Assembly (NCBI GenBank): GCA_041581405.1
Contig: JBFIDI010000001.1
Span: 1 to 41,862, forward strand
Direction: 5' to 3'
Length of the DNA stretch: 41,862 nucleotides
Source of the DNA: Burkholderiaceae bacterium
GTDB lineage: Bacteria; Pseudomonadota; Gammaproteobacteria; Burkholderiales; Burkholderiaceae_C
Positions within the stretch are counted from its first letter, which is position 1. Each line of letters begins with the position of its first letter. The translations under genes and the position numbers were made by a program. The notes under the pieces were generated by a model that worked only from the letters and a program-made list of their open reading frames with translations, did no database searches and had not been told where the DNA came from. Positions 18,605-27,209 of this stretch are shown piece after piece.

Positions 18605-19753
18605 ATGCAATTCGGATGGACCCCGGAGCAACAGGCCCTGAAGCTGAAGGTGGTCGAGTTTGCGCGCGCGGAACTGGACCATGACATCGCCGCGCTCGAG
18701 CGAAACCAGGAGTTTCCGCATGCGGCGTGGCGCCGGTGTGCCGACCATGGCATACAGGGCATGGCGGTCCCGAGCAGCGTCGACGGTGGGCGCGGAACCG
18801 ACTTCCTGGATGCGATGCTGGTGATGGAGGGTCTGGGGTACGGGTGCCCGGACAATGGCCTGGCATTCGCGCTCAATGCGCAGATGTGGACCGTACAGTT
18901 GCCGATCGTGCATTATGGCAACGAAGCGCAGCAGCGCCGCTACCTGCCGGCGATGTGTCGCGGCCAGCTGATCGGCGCCCATGCAATGACCGAGCCGGAC
19001 GCCGGTTCGGACGCGTTCTCCATGCGCACCCATGCCAGGAAATGCGACGGCGGATACCAGATCAGCGGCGTGAAGCGGTATATCTCGCTGGCGCCTGTTG
19101 CCGATCTCGTGCTGGTGTACGCCAACATCGACCCGGCGCTGGGGCGTTGGGGCATCACCGCGTTTCTGGTGGAGCGCGGCACACCGGGACTGCATTTCGG
19201 TCCGGCGACCGGCAAGATGGGGCTGCGCACGGTGCCGATGTGCGAACTGGTATTCGACAACTGCTTCGTGCCGGAGTCCGCCCGTCTTGGTGCTGAAGGT
19301 GCCGGATTTCGCCTCTCGACCAGCTCGCTGGAGTGGGAGCGCTGCTGCATTCTGGCCAGCCAGCTTGGCGCCATGCAGCGACAGCTGGAGATGGCGTGTC
19401 GCCATGTCCGTAAACGCAAGCAGTTCGGCCGCTCTGTCGGGAAGTTCCAGTCGGTCGCCAACCGCATCGTCGACATGAAGATGCGACTGGAGACATCGCG
19501 CCTGCTGCTCTACCATGTCGCCGGACTCAAGCGGGAAGGGCGGGACGCCCTGATGGAAACGGCGATGCTCAAGTTGCATCTGAGCGAATGTTTCCTGGCC
19601 TCGAGCATGGATGCGATCCGTTTGCATGGTGCGTCGGGGTACATGACCGACAACGGAATCGAGCGTGATCTGCGCGACGCCATCGGCGGGACCATCTACG
19701 CAGGAACGTCGGATATCCAGCGCAACGTGATTGCATCTCTGATGGGACTGTAA
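18605..19753 (+). CDS. Acyl-CoA dehydrogenase family, aminoacyl-PCP dehydrogenase (PltE/RedW/PigA-like)
   Basis: HAMTEPDAGSD, KMGLR, WER, RKQFG, HGASGY, IYAGTSDIQRN; adjacent to a standalone A domain and PCP. Confidence 0.88.
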   Translation: MQFGWTPEQQALKLKVVEFARAELDHDIAALERNQEFPHAAWRRCADHGIQGMAVPSSVDGGRGTDFLDAMLVMEGLGYGCPDNGLAFALNAQMWTVQLPIVHYGNEAQQRRYLPAMCRGQLIGAHAMTEPDAGSDAFSMRTHARKCDGGYQISGVKRYISLAPVADLVLVYANIDPALGRWGITAFLVERGTPGLHFGPATGKMGLRTVPMCELVFDNCFVPESARLGAEGAGFRLSTSSLEWERCCILASQLGAMQRQLEMACRHVRKRKQFGRSVGKFQSVANRIVDMKMRLETSRLLLYHVAGLKREGRDALMETAMLKLHLSECFLASSMDAIRLHGASGYMTDNGIERDLRDAIGGTIYAGTSDIQRNVIASLMGL

Positions 19754-19762
19754 GGTCGAGCG

Positions 19763-21373
19763 ATGCACGGAGCCACGATGGACACCTTGCCGAGCCTCAT
19801 CGACCATCGTGCGCAGCGTGCGCCGGATCATCCTGCCATGCGGTTCCTCGACGAGACGCTGAGTTATGCGGAACTGAGCCTGCAATCGAACCAGCTTGCC
19901 CATGCGCTCGCCGCCCGTGGCGTGCGCCGGGGCGATCGCGTCGGGATCTACATGGAGAAGTCGCTGCGAACGCCGGTCGCCCTGCACGGGATCATGAAGG
20001 CCGGCGCCGCCTATGTGCCGCTTGATCCGGCGGCTCCGGCGCAGCGGATCGCCAGAATGGTCGATGACTGCGGCATCCGTCATCTGGTCACCAGCGGCAG
20101 TCGGACCCGTACCTTGGCGCTGCTGCGCGACAGTTTGTCGGCCACCGTGTGCCTGTTCGGCGTCGACGTCCAGCAGGCGGCGGGGTACGACCACGTGCCG
20201 TGGTCCGAGGTCGACGCATGCAATGGCGGCGCGCCACCTGCGGCGGGTACGGGTGGCGGTGACATGGCCTACATCATCTACACCTCGGGATCGACCGGCG
20301 AACCCAAGGGCATCGTGCACACACACGACAGCAGCCTGGCGTTTTCGCGCTGGGCTGCCGGCGAATACGGGCTCGTCACGACCGATCTGCTCAGCAACCA
20401 TGCGCCGCTGCATTTCGACTTGTCGATCCTCGACTTCTTCGCCGGCGCGGTGGCAGGTTGTGCGACCGCGATCATCCCGGAAGCATTCACCAGGATGCCT
20501 TCCAGTTACGCAGACCTGATCGCACGGCAACGCATGACCGTGCTCTATACCGTGCCCTTTGCGCTGGTGCAATTGTTGCTGCGCGGCAATCTGGCTGCCC
20601 ATGATTGCTCCGCCTTGCGCTGGGTGATCTTTGGCGGCGAACCCATGTCGGCCAGACACCTGGCCGCGCTGATGCAGCTGTGGCCCCAAGCGCGTTTCGA
20701 CAATATCTACGGGCCGGCGGAAGTCAACGGGGTGAGCCACTACGTGGTGCCACCGCTCGCTGGCGACGAGGCCAGTATCCCTGTTGGCCCGCTCGGCATG
20801 CATGTCGAGGGCTTGATCGTCGACGACGCGGATGCGGCAGTGCCCGGTGGCACCAGCGGCGAACTGCTGGTGCGCACGCCATCGATGATGACGGGTTACT
20901 GGGCCCGGGAAGAACTCAACGCCAGGGCCTTTTATCGACGCTCGTGCCGGAGCGGCACGGACGACGTGTTTTACCGTACCGGCGATCTGGTGCGCGAGGA
21001 CCCGGCGGGTGTGCTGCATTTTCTCGGGCGCAAGGACCGGCAGGTGAAGATCCGCGGATACCGGGTCGAGCTTGACGAGGTCGAGTCGGTATTGGCCCGG
21101 CACCCGTCCGTCGAAGAGGCTGCCGCCGTGACGGTCGACGACGATGCCGGGGCATTGGCGATCGCGGCCGCGGTGACTTTCAAGGTCCGCGATGCGGCTG
21201 ACCAGGTTCAGGCCCTGACCCGGCATTGCAAGCAATTCCTGCCCCCGTATGCGGTGCCGGCGCGGATCTCGTCGGTACCCGACTTCGTGCGAACCACGAC
21301 CGGAAAGATCGATCGGCGAGTTCTGCGTGATAACCTGGCCGCTGACGGCAGCCACCCTTCGGAGACGGTATGA
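19763..21373 (+). CDS. Standalone amino-acid adenylation enzyme (PltF/RedM/PigI-like)
   Basis: YIIYTSGSTGEPKG, HAPLHFDLS, YGPAE, YRTGD, GRKDRQVKIRGYRVEL, TGKIDR. Confidence 0.92.
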   Translation: MHGATMDTLPSLIDHRAQRAPDHPAMRFLDETLSYAELSLQSNQLAHALAARGVRRGDRVGIYMEKSLRTPVALHGIMKAGAAYVPLDPAAPAQRIARMVDDCGIRHLVTSGSRTRTLALLRDSLSATVCLFGVDVQQAAGYDHVPWSEVDACNGGAPPAAGTGGGDMAYIIYTSGSTGEPKGIVHTHDSSLAFSRWAAGEYGLVTTDLLSNHAPLHFDLSILDFFAGAVAGCATAIIPEAFTRMPSSYADLIARQRMTVLYTVPFALVQLLLRGNLAAHDCSALRWVIFGGEPMSARHLAALMQLWPQARFDNIYGPAEVNGVSHYVVPPLAGDEASIPVGPLGMHVEGLIVDDADAAVPGGTSGELLVRTPSMMTGYWAREELNARAFYRRSCRSGTDDVFYRTGDLVREDPAGVLHFLGRKDRQVKIRGYRVELDEVESVLARHPSVEEAAAVTVDDDAGALAIAAAVTFKVRDAADQVQALTRHCKQFLPPYAVPARISSVPDFVRTTTGKIDRRVLRDNLAADGSHPSETV

Positions 21374-21642
21374 GCACGATTGATTTCAGATCCGAATTGC
21401 GTGACTTCATCGCCGCCGAACTGATGGACGGCGAGCAGTTGCAGGACGACGAGAACCTGCTCGTCGACGGCATGCTCGATTCGCTGGGAATGATGCGGCT
21501 GGTCGCCCATATGGAAGCTTTGAGCGGCATCGTGGTTCCGGTCGAGGATTTCGTGATCGAGAACTTCCGCACCATCGCGACCATCGACGACTACCTGCGC
21601 CGCGTCGGCGCGAAACGGTCGTCGGCTCCGGGGACCGCCTGA
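21370..21642 (+). CDS. Standalone carrier protein (type II PCP, PltL/RedO-like)
   Basis: 90 aa; LLVDGMLDSLGMMRLV (Ser for phosphopantetheine); ENFRTIATI. Confidence 0.9.
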   Translation: MSTIDFRSELRDFIAAELMDGEQLQDDENLLVDGMLDSLGMMRLVAHMEALSGIVVPVEDFVIENFRTIATIDDYLRRVGAKRSSAPGTA

Positions 21643-21643
21643 G

Positions 21644-24600
21644 ATGCAACCGCAAGGCGTCCCGTCCTCCCGCGCATTGACCGCTGCACAGCTGGCGATC
21701 TGGAGCGGCCAGAAGCTGCAGCCGGATGATCCGCTGTACAACATGGCGCTGGCCTTTCGCATCGAAGGAGCGCTGGACGTTGCCGCTTTTCAATGGGCTT
21801 TCGAGCGACTGGTCGAGGGTTGCGACGCGTTGCGCACCGTGATCGACGACAGCGCTGGCACGCCCCGACAACGTGTCCTGCCCACGCACCATGGTTTGCC
21901 CCTGATCGACATCAGCGGCCGTGCGGACCCCGAGGCGGCGTTGCAGGAATGGTTGTCCGGCCACGTCGGGGTCAAGTTCGATCTGTCGCGGTGTCCGTTC
22001 GAATCGGCCTTGTTGCGGCTGGCCGGCGACGTGCATGTGTGGTATCTGAATCAGCACCACATCGTCACCGATGCGTCGTCGGTAGCCGTCTTGTTTGCGC
22101 AGCAACAGGCGTTTTATCGGCTGGGGTGCAAACGCACGCAGGACCCGGTGGCGCCATTGACGGCGTTTGCCGACTATGTCGATTTCGAGGCCGCGCAAAT
22201 GGCTTCGCCGCAGAACCGCCCGGCACAGGACTACTGGTCGCAGCAAATGGCGCAGTTGCCCGCGCCTTCGCGTTTTTACCAGGCGTCCGCCGGCTGCGTT
22301 CAGGGGCGAACCGAACGCGTCGAAGTGCCGTGGGGTGCGGCGCGTTCCGCGCGTATGCGTGCGCTGGCCGCAGCCAGGCCGTTCCAGGCTTTCACGCCCG
22401 ATCTGTCTCTGTTCCAGCTGTTTGCAACGCTGCTGTTTGCCTGCCTGTTTCGAACCACAGGGAACACCAACCTGGCCTTGGGTGCGCCGTCGCGCAATCG
22501 TGGTTCGGCGCAATTCCGGCGCGCCGCCGGCTTGCTGATCGAGATCCTGCCGTTGGGGGTTGCCGTCGATGAGAACGATGACTTCCTGGCGCTGCACCAC
22601 AAGGTCGCACATGCCACGGCGCAGATGATGCGCCATGCCCGGCCCGGGGTCGCCGGAGCGCGGCAACACCGGGCCTTTGACGTGGTGCTGAATTTCATCA
22701 CGGCGACATTCGGTGATTTCGACGGACTTCCGACACAGGCGCGCTGGTTGCACCCGGGTTATGGCGATCGCAACCATGTGTTGCGCATGCAGGTCGAGAA
22801 CTTCGACCGCGACGCTGCGTTCAAGCTGTTTCTGGACATGAACGTCGAGATGTTCGGCGCTGTCCGGCAGGAGTGGCTGGTGCGGCATTTCCTGGTGTTG
22901 GCAGACGCGATGCTGGCCGATCCAGGCCAGTGCATCGAGGACGTCGAACTGGTCGGTGACGACCAACGGTCGCAGCTGCTCGCCGGGTACCGCGCAGGCG
23001 TGCGGCCGCCATTGCCGGCAACCGACCTGTTCGACCTGTTCGAGCAGCAGGTGATGCGGGACCCGCAGGCGCCTGCGCTTGCCTGCCAAGGCAAGGACCT
23101 GACGTACCAGGAACTCGCCGATCGCGCCGCTGCGCTGGCAAGGACACTGGCGGACCGCGGCATCGGGCCGGGCGACATCGTCGGTGTGATGCTGGGGCGC
23201 TCGCTCGAGGCGGTGGTGGCGATGCTCGGCATCCTGCGCTGCGGCGCGGCGTTCCTTCCGCTGGATCCGGACTATCCTGCCGCGCGTATCGCCTACCTGT
23301 GCAAGGACGCACAGGTTGCACTGGTCATCACCGGCCCGAGCGAGGTCGCACCGGAATCGGTCGGGCCGTGCCTGGTGTTGGACTGCACAGGTGCTGCACC
23401 GCCTGCGGCCACCGACAAGGCGGCGGCCGTGCGGGGCTCCGATCTGGCTTACGTGATCTATACGTCCGGCTCCAGTGGTGATCCCAAGGGTGTCATGATC
23501 GAGCGCCACAGCATCACGAACTACCTGCTCTGGGCCCGAGGCCAGTATCTGGACGGGCAACCCAAGGCGTTTGCCCTGTTCTCCTCGCTTTCGTTCGACC
23601 TGACCCTGACGTCGGTGCTGCTGCCGCTGGTGTCGGGCGGGTCCATCGTGGTCTATCCTGCGGCGTCCGACGGCGACGAACCGGTCATCATGCAGGTGGT
23701 GCGGGACAACCGCGTCGAGGTACTCAAGCTGACGCCGGCGCACCTGGCGTTGATGCAGACCATGGATTTGTCCCAATCGCGCGTGCGCACGATGATCCTG
23801 GGTGGCGAAGATCTCAAGACCGATCTCGCGCGTGCCAGCGTACGGCGTTTCGGTGGTGCACTGCGCATCTTCAACGAGTACGGTCCGACCGAGGCGACGA
23901 TCGGCTGCATGACGCATCTGTTCGATCCCGAGCGCGACACGGCCTTGTCGGTGCCGGTCGGTCGGGCGATCGACGGGCTGGACGTGTACCTGCTCGATGC
24001 CAGGCGCCGCCTGGTTCCCGCAGGCATCGGCGGTGAAATCCATATCGGCGGCGCCGGGCTGGCGCGCGGCTACCTTGGTCAGACGGAGCGCACGGCCGAG
24101 AAATTCGTCGACAACCCGTTCGTGCCGGGCACGCGCATGTACGCATCCGGTGATGTCGGCGTATGGAACGACCGCAACGAGATGGTCTACCTCGGACGTG
24201 TCGATCGCCAGGTCAAGATTCGTGGCGTGCGCATCGAGCCGGGCGAAATCGAGCGCTTGCTCAAGGACCATGGCGCAATCACGGACTGTGCGGTGGAGGC
24301 GCTGCGCCATGGCGGCGACCGGAGCGACCCGGCGGCGCCCGTGAATTGCGCGGTGTGCGGATTGACCGCGTTGCATCCTGAAGCGCATATCGACGCACAA
24401 GGCGTGTGCCGGATTTGCCGGCAATATGCGAAGTTCCGGGAGCAGGCGCAGGCCTATTTCGGCGACGAGAACGAACTCGCGGACATCGTCCGGCGTGCAC
24501 GTGATTCGGGTAGCGGCGGGCACGACTGCATGATGCTGCTCAGTGGCGGCAAGGACAGCACCTATGCCTTGTGCCAACTGGTCGATCTCGGCCTGCGCCC

Positions 24601-27202
24601 GCTGGTATTCACGCTGGACAACGGATTCATCTCGGATGGCGCGATGGCCAATGTGCGTCGCGTGGTGTCGGACCTCGGGCTCGAACTGGTGGTCGGGCGA
24701 ACCGACGCGATGAATGCGATTTTCAAGGACAGCCTGCACCGCTTCAGCAATGTATGCAACGGCTGCTTCAAGACCATCTACACCTTGAGTACACAATTGG
24801 CGCGGCAGCGCGGCATCCGTTACGTCTTCACCGGTCTGTCGCGCGGGCAGATCTTCGAGACCCGCGTGGCCGGCCTGTTCCAGCAAGGGGTGTTCGACCG
24901 CTCGTTAGTCGACCGCGCCGTGTTGCAGGCGCGCAAGGCCTACCACCGGATGGACGATGCGGTGGCCCGGCAGCTGGACGTGCGGATCTTTGCCGACGAC
25001 GCGGTGTTCGAACAGGTGCAGTTCATCGACTTCTACCGCTACCGCGAGGTGACGCTGGCGCAGATCCTGGAGTACCTGGCCAACAAGGTCTCGTGGGTGC
25101 GCCCGGTCGACACCGGGCGCTCGACCAATTGCCGGATCAACGAGGTCGGCATCCATGTGCACCGCAGCGAACGCGGTTTTCACAACTACGCCTTGCCCTA
25201 CAGCTGGGACGTGCGGCTCGGACACAAGGAGCGGGATGCGGCACTGGCCGAGCTCGACGACCGGATCGACATGCACAACGTCGCCCGGGTGCTGGAGCAG
25301 ATCGACTACCGGATCGACGCGCCGCCGGCCGGACGCAGCGATCGTTATCTGGTTGCGTATTACGTCAGCGCGCAGCCACTGGCGCCGCAGGCGCTGAGAG
25401 ACTATCTGGGAACACGCCTGCCGGCAGCCTTGATTCCCAGCCATTTCGTGCATCTGGCGCAGATGCCGTTGACCACCAATGGCAAGATCGACCGAGCCGC
25501 CCTGCCTGCACCGGGTGGTACCCGCCCCGATCTGCCGACGGCCTATCTGGCGCCGCGCGATGCCACCGAAACGCTGCTTGTCGCCATCTGGCAGGAGATT
25601 CTGGGACTGGATCGCATTGGCGTGCTGGACAATTTCTTCGATCTGGGCGGTGACTCGATCCACAACATCCAGATCGTCGCGCGGGCGCGCGCCCGGCATC
25701 TGCATTTGACGCCACAGCAGCTGTTCGAGGCGCCGACGATTGCAGAACTCGCACTGGCGATCCGTGCGGCGGAGCCGCGACCAGGTGTCCGGCCGGCAAC
25801 GGCCGGGCCGGTGCGGCTGTTGGCGGGTCAACAGGCGGTGCTGCGATCGACCGCCGACGCTGCGTGGCAACACGTGGTGATAGAAACGTCCGAACCGCCC
25901 GTACCCCGGGCGCTGGCACAAGCCCTGACGCAGCTGATGGAGTGTCACGGCGCGTTGCGCACCCGTTTGCGTCGGGAGTCGGACCGCTGGCTCGGCCAGA
26001 TCGTGCCGGTCGGTGACGGGGCGGCCGACCTGCTGGAGCTCGACCCAGGCGAGGGACGTTCGCTGGACGACATGATCGACGCGTTCGTCGCGTCCGCACC
26101 CATGGATTTCGCCGAGGTGCCAATGGTACGGATGGCCTGCGGACGTCAGGGCAGTGGCGGTATCGTGGTGCTGCAGGTACATGCGAGCGTCATCGACACC
26201 GCGTCGTGGGCGATCGTGCTCGAAGATCTTGCAGCGGCTTACGCCGCGGCCTGCGCCGACCAGGCCGTCTCCCTGCCCGCGCCCACGGCATCGGTACGGG
26301 AGTGGGCCCAGGAGCTGGGCGACTATGCCGACAGTGCCGTGGCGCATGAGCGGGCGCGGCACTGGCTGGAGCCTCGTGCGCGTGTTTCCACCTCTGCGCC
26401 GAGGTCGTCGTCGGACACACCGGGCGTGGTGGCGTGGTCACACACGAGTGTCGCGCTCGACATGGCCGCCTCGAAGCGCTTGCTGCGCAGCCCAACGGCG
26501 GTGGACAAGGCCAGGGCGCAGGAACTGATTCTGGCGGCGGTATTGCGCGCAACACCCGGGTTGCGGACCGGTCGCCACCGGCGCGTCGAAGTCGAGGTCG
26601 ACGGGCGAACCGATCGGTTTCCCGCCCTGGACCCGGCGCGCACGGTTGGCCATCTGGCGGCGCTGGTCCCGCTGAATGTGCGGTTGGCGCCGGATGGCAC
26701 TCCGGCCGGGGACCTGGCCGAGTTGGCCAGGGTGTGGCGAGCCCAGCCAGGCGGCGGGCTGGACTTCGCGCTGGGCTGCGAGCAGGACGATGATGCCGAA
26801 CTGGCGCGGCAGCTGCGCCAGCTGCCTGCGGCGGAGTTCCGGTTCCGTTATCTCGGCGCGTTGGATGCGGCGTTGGCGGCAGACCCTCTGATGTGTCTGG
26901 CCCGGCCTTTGCATGTGGCCCCGGCGGATACACGGCTGCCGCTCGACGTGCTGGCATTCGTATTTCGGGGCCAGCTCAACCTGCGCTGGTCCTGGGACGC
27001 AGGGCGGCTCGACGACGCAATGGTCATCCGTTGTGTGTCCGACACCTTGCTGGAATTGGGATCCCTGGTCGACCATGACGCCGGTAACTCCAAGGTCGAT
27101 GCGGTCGACACCGGACTTGCGACGGCTGGTATCAATCGGGACGAACTCGAATCCCTGCTGGCGGAATTCGGTGCAACTGGCAAGGGCGGAAACGCCACAT
27201 AG
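21644..27202 (+). CDS. NRPS module C-A(Asn-type, interrupted by an SGGKDS alpha-ANH domain)-T-E(degenerate)
   Basis: HHIVTDAS; YTSGSSGDPKG; FDLT; NEYGPTE; about 345-aa insert after A8 with CxxC..CxxC and SGGKDS; LVAYY..PSHF..NGKIDR; FFDLGGDSI; E-like tail with HASVID. Confidence 0.93.
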   Translation: MQPQGVPSSRALTAAQLAIWSGQKLQPDDPLYNMALAFRIEGALDVAAFQWAFERLVEGCDALRTVIDDSAGTPRQRVLPTHHGLPLIDISGRADPEAALQEWLSGHVGVKFDLSRCPFESALLRLAGDVHVWYLNQHHIVTDASSVAVLFAQQQAFYRLGCKRTQDPVAPLTAFADYVDFEAAQMASPQNRPAQDYWSQQMAQLPAPSRFYQASAGCVQGRTERVEVPWGAARSARMRALAAARPFQAFTPDLSLFQLFATLLFACLFRTTGNTNLALGAPSRNRGSAQFRRAAGLLIEILPLGVAVDENDDFLALHHKVAHATAQMMRHARPGVAGARQHRAFDVVLNFITATFGDFDGLPTQARWLHPGYGDRNHVLRMQVENFDRDAAFKLFLDMNVEMFGAVRQEWLVRHFLVLADAMLADPGQCIEDVELVGDDQRSQLLAGYRAGVRPPLPATDLFDLFEQQVMRDPQAPALACQGKDLTYQELADRAAALARTLADRGIGPGDIVGVMLGRSLEAVVAMLGILRCGAAFLPLDPDYPAARIAYLCKDAQVALVITGPSEVAPESVGPCLVLDCTGAAPPAATDKAAAVRGSDLAYVIYTSGSSGDPKGVMIERHSITNYLLWARGQYLDGQPKAFALFSSLSFDLTLTSVLLPLVSGGSIVVYPAASDGDEPVIMQVVRDNRVEVLKLTPAHLALMQTMDLSQSRVRTMILGGEDLKTDLARASVRRFGGALRIFNEYGPTEATIGCMTHLFDPERDTALSVPVGRAIDGLDVYLLDARRRLVPAGIGGEIHIGGAGLARGYLGQTERTAEKFVDNPFVPGTRMYASGDVGVWNDRNEMVYLGRVDRQVKIRGVRIEPGEIERLLKDHGAITDCAVEALRHGGDRSDPAAPVNCAVCGLTALHPEAHIDAQGVCRICRQYAKFREQAQAYFGDENELADIVRRARDSGSGGHDCMMLLSGGKDSTYALCQLVDLGLRPLVFTLDNGFISDGAMANVRRVVSDLGLELVVGRTDAMNAIFKDSLHRFSNVCNGCFKTIYTLSTQLARQRGIRYVFTGLSRGQIFETRVAGLFQQGVFDRSLVDRAVLQARKAYHRMDDAVARQLDVRIFADDAVFEQVQFIDFYRYREVTLAQILEYLANKVSWVRPVDTGRSTNCRINEVGIHVHRSERGFHNYALPYSWDVRLGHKERDAALAELDDRIDMHNVARVLEQIDYRIDAPPAGRSDRYLVAYYVSAQPLAPQALRDYLGTRLPAALIPSHFVHLAQMPLTTNGKIDRAALPAPGGTRPDLPTAYLAPRDATETLLVAIWQEILGLDRIGVLDNFFDLGGDSIHNIQIVARARARHLHLTPQQLFEAPTIAELALAIRAAEPRPGVRPATAGPVRLLAGQQAVLRSTADAAWQHVVIETSEPPVPRALAQALTQLMECHGALRTRLRRESDRWLGQIVPVGDGAADLLELDPGEGRSLDDMIDAFVASAPMDFAEVPMVRMACGRQGSGGIVVLQVHASVIDTASWAIVLEDLAAAYAAACADQAVSLPAPTASVREWAQELGDYADSAVAHERARHWLEPRARVSTSAPRSSSDTPGVVAWSHTSVALDMAASKRLLRSPTAVDKARAQELILAAVLRATPGLRTGRHRRVEVEVDGRTDRFPALDPARTVGHLAALVPLNVRLAPDGTPAGDLAELARVWRAQPGGGLDFALGCEQDDDAELARQLRQLPAAEFRFRYLGALDAALAADPLMCLARPLHVAPADTRLPLDVLAFVFRGQLNLRWSWDAGRLDDAMVIRCVSDTLLELGSLVDHDAGNSKVDAVDTGLATAGINRDELESLLAEFGATGKGGNAT

Positions 27203-27209
27203 ACACAGC

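Noticed and set aside
18605-21642. Identification as a pyoluteorin, prodigiosin or anatoxin cluster
   Set aside because: No PKS, halogenase or condensing enzymes of those pathways.
21407-24886. Very long antisense ORFs (also 18575-21355, 27132-29912, 37351-40356)
   Set aside because: Shadows of high-GC3 genes on the opposite strand; no motifs.
21644-27202. Identification as an albicidin or cystobactamid cluster
   Set aside because: Shares only the Asn/SGGKDS domain; no pABA-type modules, PKS or pentapeptide-repeat resistance gene.
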